Positions 27,077 to 32,000 of a stretch of 32,000 bases of DNA are shown in pieces. Within the stretch, counting starts at the first letter, position 1; each line of letters opens with the position of its first letter. The stretch lies in NCBI GenBank assembly GCA_000166095.1, contig CP002278.1:150001-182000 (forward strand). The letters are read 5' to 3'. Position numbers and translations under genes: made by a program. Source of the DNA: Methanothermus fervidus DSM 2088 (GTDB taxonomy: Archaea > Methanobacteriota > Methanobacteria > DSM-2088 > Methanothermaceae). Under the pieces are notes generated by a model that was not told the origin of the DNA, did no database searches, and saw nothing but the letters and a program-made list of their open reading frames with translations.

Positions 27077-28552
27077 CTATATAATATCATGCTTTTGTAT
27101 CAATAGCAACTCATCAGTAGTAAGTTTTTTCCCTCTTTTGAATTTTTGATAGATTTTTTTGGCTCTTCTTTTCTCTATAAATTCTTTCTTGTTCTGGAAA
27201 CTTTTGATAATTCTTTCTCTCTCATCCTTAAGTTTCCTAATTTTTTTATTTATTTTATTTATTTTAGACATTATTTTCTCAATTTCTTCATGTTTTTTAT
27301 CTGCTTCTTTTTTGTATTTTACAAATCGTTTATGAGCATCATCAGCCTTTTCTCTCAATTTATCAACTTTTTTAAAATGTTTTAACATCTTTTCATGATA
27401 TTCCTGTGATTTTTTTGCTAGAGTTAATACCTTTTCGTGACATTCTTTAGCCTTGTTTTTGAGCTTATGTGCCTCTTCTTTAATTTTTTCATTTTTTCTA
27501 ATTTTTTTTAATTTTTTTCCCAATTCACCAACCTTTTCAATTAGCTCGTTTTCCTTTTGAATACTTAGAACTCCAGTCTCTATTTTATTTTCAATTCGTT
27601 TTATTTCTGCCATAATTTTCCTTTTTTCTCTGTTAATTGGATCCCATTTTAATTTCTTAGATTTTTCTATGAACTCTGACCTTAAATTTTTATATTTTTT
27701 TACTTTTTCGTTGATTTTATCTCTTTTTTCTCTATAATCCAATGCCAATTTTAAATTTTCCTGAACTTTTCTATTTAATTCATTTCTAATTTTCCTATAT
27801 TTTCTAGCTTTTGAATTAAATTTATTCCTCTCTTTAATTAATATAGCTTTCTTTTTTTCGTATTTTGTCTTTTTATCGATTACTTTATCTAATTCTTTCT
27901 CCAAAATTTCTAAGTCTTTATTATTTACATTATCTACAATCGGAATTATTTTACGAAGATCTTTCTCATTAATAACGACGTCTGCAATTTTTTTAACTAT
28001 TGGTTTTGCGTTAAAAGCTATTCCTACCTTAACAGCCTCTAAAATAGGCATGTCGTTGGCACCATCTCCAACAGCGATACATTCATCAAAACTAATGTTT
28101 TCTTTTTTTAATAGTTTACATAAAACATCATATTTTGATCCTTTTACTAGAGGACCACTTACTTCCCCTGTTAAAACACCATTTTTCACATGTAATTTAT
28201 TAGACACTACATAGTCAATTCCCAATTTTTTCTTTATTTCTTCTGCTACAATATCAAAGCCACCAGTTATTGTAACTACTTTACAACCTCTAGCTTTTAA
28301 CTCTTCAATTGTTTCCTTTGCCCCGTTCATTAATGGAAGTTTTTTTGCAAGAGATTTGATATCTTTAATTGGAATACCTTTAAGAAGTTTAACTCTTTTC
28401 TTTATAGAACTTTCAAAATCTAATTCTCCTTCCATCGCTTTTTTCGTGATTTCACTTATTTCTTCCTTTAAATTTTTTAGTTTGGCAATTTCATCTATAC
28501 TCTCACAATCTAAAAGAACATTATCAAGATCAAAAATTACCATCTTTATCAA
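27077..28552 (-). CDS. serB: phosphoserine phosphatase-like HAD domain fused to a long Lys/Glu-rich coiled-coil domain
   Basis: The N-terminal 200 aa or so carry VIFDLDNVLLD (DxD), TGGF and GDGANDMPIL. Residues from about 206 to 491 are heptad-like and K/E/R-rich, ending in KRGKKLTTDELLLIQ. Confidence 0.8.
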   Translation of the reverse strand: MIKMVIFDLDNVLLDCESIDEIAKLKNLKEEISEITKKAMEGELDFESSIKKRVKLLKGIPIKDIKSLAKKLPLMNGAKETIEELKARGCKVVTITGGFDIVAEEIKKKLGIDYVVSNKLHVKNGVLTGEVSGPLVKGSKYDVLCKLLKKENISFDECIAVGDGANDMPILEAVKVGIAFNAKPIVKKIADVVINEKDLRKIIPIVDNVNNKDLEILEKELDKVIDKKTKYEKKKAILIKERNKFNSKARKYRKIRNELNRKVQENLKLALDYREKRDKINEKVKKYKNLRSEFIEKSKKLKWDPINREKRKIMAEIKRIENKIETGVLSIQKENELIEKVGELGKKLKKIRKNEKIKEEAHKLKNKAKECHEKVLTLAKKSQEYHEKMLKHFKKVDKLREKADDAHKRFVKYKKEADKKHEEIEKIMSKINKINKKIRKLKDERERIIKSFQNKKEFIEKRRAKKIYQKFKRGKKLTTDELLLIQKHDII

Positions 28553-28563
28553 ACTATCACCAG

Positions 28564-29115
28564 TTAAATCAAGTTTAACTCTTTTAAACGTTCTTTAGTT
28601 TTTTTAACACCTAATTTTGCATCTTTCGGGTCTCTTGCCCCAGTACAAACAACTTTTCCAGATCCAAATAAAAGCAATACAACCTTTGGCTTATCAAGTC
28701 GATACACTAACCCTGGAAATTGTTCAGGTTCGTATTCTGTATTTTCCAATGTCATCGCAATCTCATCTAAATTTAATGGTTTAGAAAGATTAGCAGAGGC
28801 AACTATGTTTTGTATTTTTATTTCATAATCTTCAGGGATGTCAGGGTCAACTTCTCTTATTTTATTAACAGTTGTTTTAATAGCCTTTATTGAATCTTCA
28901 ACTGATTTTGCACCAGTGCATACAAGTTTTCCAGATCCAAATATCAATGCTGCAGTTTTTGGCTTATCAAGCTTATATACTAGTCCTGGAAATTGTTTTC
29001 TATTGAAATTGACACTTTTAAGAGCTTTAGAAATTTTTGATAAATCTATAGGTCTTCCTAATGTTGCGGATGCTACTATGTTTTCTATTTCAATCTCTAA
29101 ATCGTTTTCACCCAC
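28564..29115 (-). CDS. tbp: TATA-box binding protein
   Basis: Two direct repeats: ENIVASATLG...FPGLVYKL...LIFGSGKLVCTGAKS and QNIVASANLS...FPGLVYRL...LLFGSGKVVCTGAR. GTG start with AAGGGGGT upstream. Confidence 0.95.
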   Translation of the reverse strand: MGENDLEIEIENIVASATLGRPIDLSKISKALKSVNFNRKQFPGLVYKLDKPKTAALIFGSGKLVCTGAKSVEDSIKAIKTTVNKIREVDPDIPEDYEIKIQNIVASANLSKPLNLDEIAMTLENTEYEPEQFPGLVYRLDKPKVVLLLFGSGKVVCTGARDPKDAKLGVKKTKERLKELNLI

Positions 29116-29147
29116 TTAATCTACCCCCTTAGCAATGTTAACAGATA

Positions 29148-29163
29148 AAAGATATATTTATAA
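29148..29163 (-). promoter_or_regulatory. candidate TATA box of the tbp-led gene array
   Basis: The minus strand reads TTATAAATATATC, about 25 nt upstream of a plausible transcription start. That start would leave a roughly 15-nt leader containing the SD AAGGGGGT. Confidence 0.35.
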
Positions 29164-29309
29164 CTTTGACTACTTAAAAAATATAATTGACTGACATGAT
29201 GGAAACAAATTTAAGAGTTTTTAAATCCCATTGACAGTCCATTACACAGTAATTTACACAATAGATTTTTGTTATTTATGTCCCAGTGTTATGTGCAGGA
29301 GGCCAAACT

Positions 29310-31685
29310 TTGAATAAAAAATTAAGAGAAAAATACGAAAAAATTAAAGACAAAATATCAGAAGAAGAATTTTTAGAACTGATAGAAAAAAAGAAAAAAG
29401 AATTTGAAGATATTAGATTTATGAAAGATAGTAACGACGAAGAAATAGCTGAATTGGTAGTAAGTGAATTTTTAGAGGGAAAAAACGAATATTTATCTGA
29501 TAAAGAAGAATTTGCGATGGATAAAATATCTAAAATTGAAGAAGGTGCTGAAAATTTGACAGTTAAAGGTAGAGTAATGAGAATATCAAATCCTAGGAAG
29601 TTTGTAGATCAAAGAGGTAAAGAAGGTAAGGTAGCAAACGTATTATTAGCAGATGATACAGGAGAAATTAGAGCTGTATTTTGGACAGAAAATATTCCTT
29701 TACTTGAGAAAATAAATGAAGGAGACATAATTGAAATAAAAGGTGTTGAAGCTAAAAGAGGGTTTGGTGGTAGAAAAGAAGTACATTTACAGCCAAGATC
29801 AGAAATAAAAAAATTAAAAGCAGAAGAATATCCAGAATTTCCTGAATATGAGGAAAAATTCATAAAAATCGGTGAAATTACTGGAGATCAATCAGAAGTC
29901 AATGTTATGGGACGTATAGTACATATATCTCCTATAAGGACATATAAACGGGATGGTAAAGAAGGAAAAATGGCAGCAATAAAATTAAAAGATGATAGTG
30001 GTGAGATAAGATATTTACTTTGGAATAGGGACGTAGATATAATCAATGATTTAAAACTTAAAGAAGGAGACGCTGTGAAAATACTTGGAGCTCAAGTTAG
30101 AGAACGAGATGATGAAATTTATTTAAGTCATGGTGGTTTGAGTAGAATAGAAAAAGGTGATTATGACGTACCCAAATTTAAACCTAAAGTACATAAAATT
30201 GGAGAGCTCCATGGTGAAGAACGTGATGTAACTGTAATTGGATTGGTTACAAAAGTCCAAGATATTGTTAAATTTGAAAGACCCGATGGAACAAAAGGAG
30301 CTGTAAAATCAATTAAAATAAAGGATGATACTGGATCTACATATGTAAAACTTTGGGGAGAAGATGCAAAATTAAAAATTAATAAAGGAGATGTAATTAA
30401 AGTAGTTGGAGGAAATGTTGTATTTGATGACTTTACATCTTCCTATTGTATAAATACAAATTGGAACACTAGGATAGAAATTAACCCTGAAAATATAAGT
30501 AATGAATTATCAAATCTTTTAAAAGAATATAAAAATGAATTAAAACCAAAGAAAATAGGTACAATATTAGAAATGGATAGTGAAGAAGGTGAAGAAGTAG
30601 ATGTACTAGGTAGGGTTATAAGTGTAAGTGAACCTCGTGAATTTCAAAGAGATGACGGTATTGGTATAGTGAGATCTGTGGAAATAGCTGATGAAACTGG
30701 AATTATAAGAGCTTCATTTTGGGATGATAAAGCCTCTGAAAAGATAGATATAGGTGATGTACTACAAATAGAAAATGCGCGTATTAGAATAGGAAGTTAT
30801 GGTGTTGAATTAAGTGTTGGAAAAACATCTCGAGTCATTCGAAAAGAAAATACGGCAGTTCCATCTCTTGAGGAACTTGAGAAAAAGATTTTTGTAACAA
30901 AAAATATAAAAGATCTTGAAAGAGATGATAGGCACATAAAAATTATTGGACGTATTATTGATATTGGCGAAATTGCTGAAAATCAAAGAGAAGATGGTTC
31001 AATTATCAAGTTTAGAAGAATGGAAGTTGCAGATAAAACAGGTACAATCGAAGTTTCACTTTGGGATGATAAATATAATCTACCACTCGACATTGGAAAT
31101 GTAGTTGAAATTTATAATCCAAGAGTTGTTTTAAGAAATGAAAGGTTGGAATTAAGAGTAGGTAGGTCATCAGAAATAAAAGTATTGAAAAATGCAAAGG
31201 ATATTCCAAAACTTGAAGAACTGGTGGATTTACATTGGCCAAAAAAAGATATTAAGGATTTAGAACCTGGAGATAGGAACGTAAGAATAACTGGGAAAAT
31301 TGTAGAAATTTCAGGTAGTAGACCAATATCCTACCGTTGTCCAAATTGTCATGAACGTATAGATATAACTGAAGAATCTGTATGTAATTTCTGTGGTGAA
31401 CCAATCGATGAACCAGAACATTTACTAGTGATACCTGCTAAGCTTGTCAATGACACTGGAGAAATACGTGTGGTATTTTTCAGGAGAGAGGCTGAAGAAT
31501 TGATTGAGATGAAAACTGAAGAAATTGTCGAAATAATCAACGAAGTTGGAGAAGAAAATGCATTAGAAGATAGAATTAAAAGTTTTGAAGGAATAGACGT
31601 AACTCTTTTGGGATATGTGAGTGCAGATGAATATACTGGAGAACTCACGTTCATTCCCCGAAAAATAATTAAAAAGGAACTATAA
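29310..31685 (+). CDS. replication protein A (single-stranded DNA-binding protein) with six OB folds, the last carrying a zinc ribbon
   Basis: There are five tandem units of pattern V.V.GR(V/I)..IS..R.F.R.DG..G.V....I.D.TG.IR...W.D plus a final unit with CPNCHERID...CNFCGE. I prefer the TTG at 29310 because AGGAGG lies 7 nt upstream; the ORF track begins at the GTG at 29286. Confidence 0.85.
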   Translation: MNKKLREKYEKIKDKISEEEFLELIEKKKKEFEDIRFMKDSNDEEIAELVVSEFLEGKNEYLSDKEEFAMDKISKIEEGAENLTVKGRVMRISNPRKFVDQRGKEGKVANVLLADDTGEIRAVFWTENIPLLEKINEGDIIEIKGVEAKRGFGGRKEVHLQPRSEIKKLKAEEYPEFPEYEEKFIKIGEITGDQSEVNVMGRIVHISPIRTYKRDGKEGKMAAIKLKDDSGEIRYLLWNRDVDIINDLKLKEGDAVKILGAQVRERDDEIYLSHGGLSRIEKGDYDVPKFKPKVHKIGELHGEERDVTVIGLVTKVQDIVKFERPDGTKGAVKSIKIKDDTGSTYVKLWGEDAKLKINKGDVIKVVGGNVVFDDFTSSYCINTNWNTRIEINPENISNELSNLLKEYKNELKPKKIGTILEMDSEEGEEVDVLGRVISVSEPREFQRDDGIGIVRSVEIADETGIIRASFWDDKASEKIDIGDVLQIENARIRIGSYGVELSVGKTSRVIRKENTAVPSLEELEKKIFVTKNIKDLERDDRHIKIIGRIIDIGEIAENQREDGSIIKFRRMEVADKTGTIEVSLWDDKYNLPLDIGNVVEIYNPRVVLRNERLELRVGRSSEIKVLKNAKDIPKLEELVDLHWPKKDIKDLEPGDRNVRITGKIVEISGSRPISYRCPNCHERIDITEESVCNFCGEPIDEPEHLLVIPAKLVNDTGEIRVVFFRREAEELIEMKTEEIVEIINEVGEENALEDRIKSFEGIDVTLLGYVSADEYTGELTFIPRKIIKKEL

Positions 31686-31700
31686 TATAAGGAGATAAAA

Positions 31701-32000
31701 ATGACAGAGTTAGAAAATTTACCTAACGTGGGTCAAAAAACTGCCAAAAAATTACGCGATGCTGGATTTGGAGACATAATGAGAATAGCTACTGCAACTC
31801 CAAAAGAATTGGCAGTGAAAGCTGAAATTGGTGAAGGAATAGCAGAAAAAATAATTGCAGCCGCTAGAAAAATAGAAAAAATAGATTTTGAAACAGCATT
31901 GGATGTTGTAGAAAGGCGAAAAAATGTTGGTAGGATTACCACAGGTAGTAAAGCATTAGATGATTTAATAGGTGGTGGAATAGAAACGCAATCTATAACT
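31701..32000 (+). CDS. radA: DNA repair and recombination protein RadA (N-terminal 100 codons; runs off the right edge)
   Basis: Hand translation from the ATG at 31701 (GGAGA upstream) gives [37 protein letters not shown]...[22 protein letters not shown]. It shows a helix-hairpin-helix domain plus the start of the ATPase core, and it is absent from the ORF track. Confidence 0.9.
   Translation, partial: MTELENLPNVGQKTAKKLRDAGFGDIMRIATATPKELAVKAEIGEGIAEKIIAAARKIEKIDFETALDVVERRKNVGRITTGSKALDDLIGGGIETQSIT

Noticed and set aside
27077-27937. Low-complexity A/T-rich DNA in the serB 3' half as a possible tandem DNA repeat or degenerating region
   Set aside because: The reading frame is intact for 491 codons and the protein shows coiled-coil periodicity rather than exact nucleotide repeats. 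I treat it as a real domain (see findings).
29186-29260. Possible C/D-box sRNA (CTGA followed by ATGATGG) in the tbp-RPA spacer
   Set aside because: ATGATGG is not a proper C box (RUGAUGA). No matching C' or D' boxes or a terminal D box lie at the right spacing on either strand.
31733-31942. 69-aa minus-strand ORF at the right end
   Set aside because: It is antisense to a clear RadA N-terminus (HhH domain and the [10 protein letters not shown] motif) on the plus strand.

Overview
AT-rich (about 30% G+C by eye), very gene-dense archaeal chromosome segment with a methanogen-like core gene set. The gene content and lysine/glutamate/isoleucine-rich proteins point to a thermophilic Methanobacteriales-type organism, possibly Methanothermus-like; this is my inference and is unverified. 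I support 36 protein genes and 2 tRNAs, and I saw no rRNA, CRISPR array, transposase or integrase. Left third: a ferredoxin-domain protein tail, thiI, a four-gene minus-strand operon (polytopic Cys-rich membrane protein, MotA/ExbB-like channel, ExbD-like single-pass protein, HisA/HisF paralog), a PepSY-like exported protein, pgk, tpiA, tRNA-Glu, cbiE, a YchF/Obg-type GTPase and tRNA-Arg. Middle: a class-I ATP-dependent chelatase pair (CobN-like 1232 aa plus a fused ChlI-ChlD-like 636 aa) diverging from cbiL. Right half: an uninterrupted 13.9-kb array of 21 co-directional minus-strand housekeeping genes running tbp, serB-fusion, topA, aglB, drg, thi4, fap7, rnp4, yhbY, rps19e, PDCD5-like, PP-loop ATPase, rpl39e, rpl31e, eif6, rpl18a, pfdA, ftsY. 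This is followed by a divergent six-OB-fold RPA and the start of radA. The most interesting candidate is the archaeal ExbB/ExbD-like proton-motive motor module with its CPCPCC-motif membrane partner. It lies near the unexplained CobN/ChlID chelatase and the cbi genes. All functional calls rest on motif and family recognition by eye; no searches were run.
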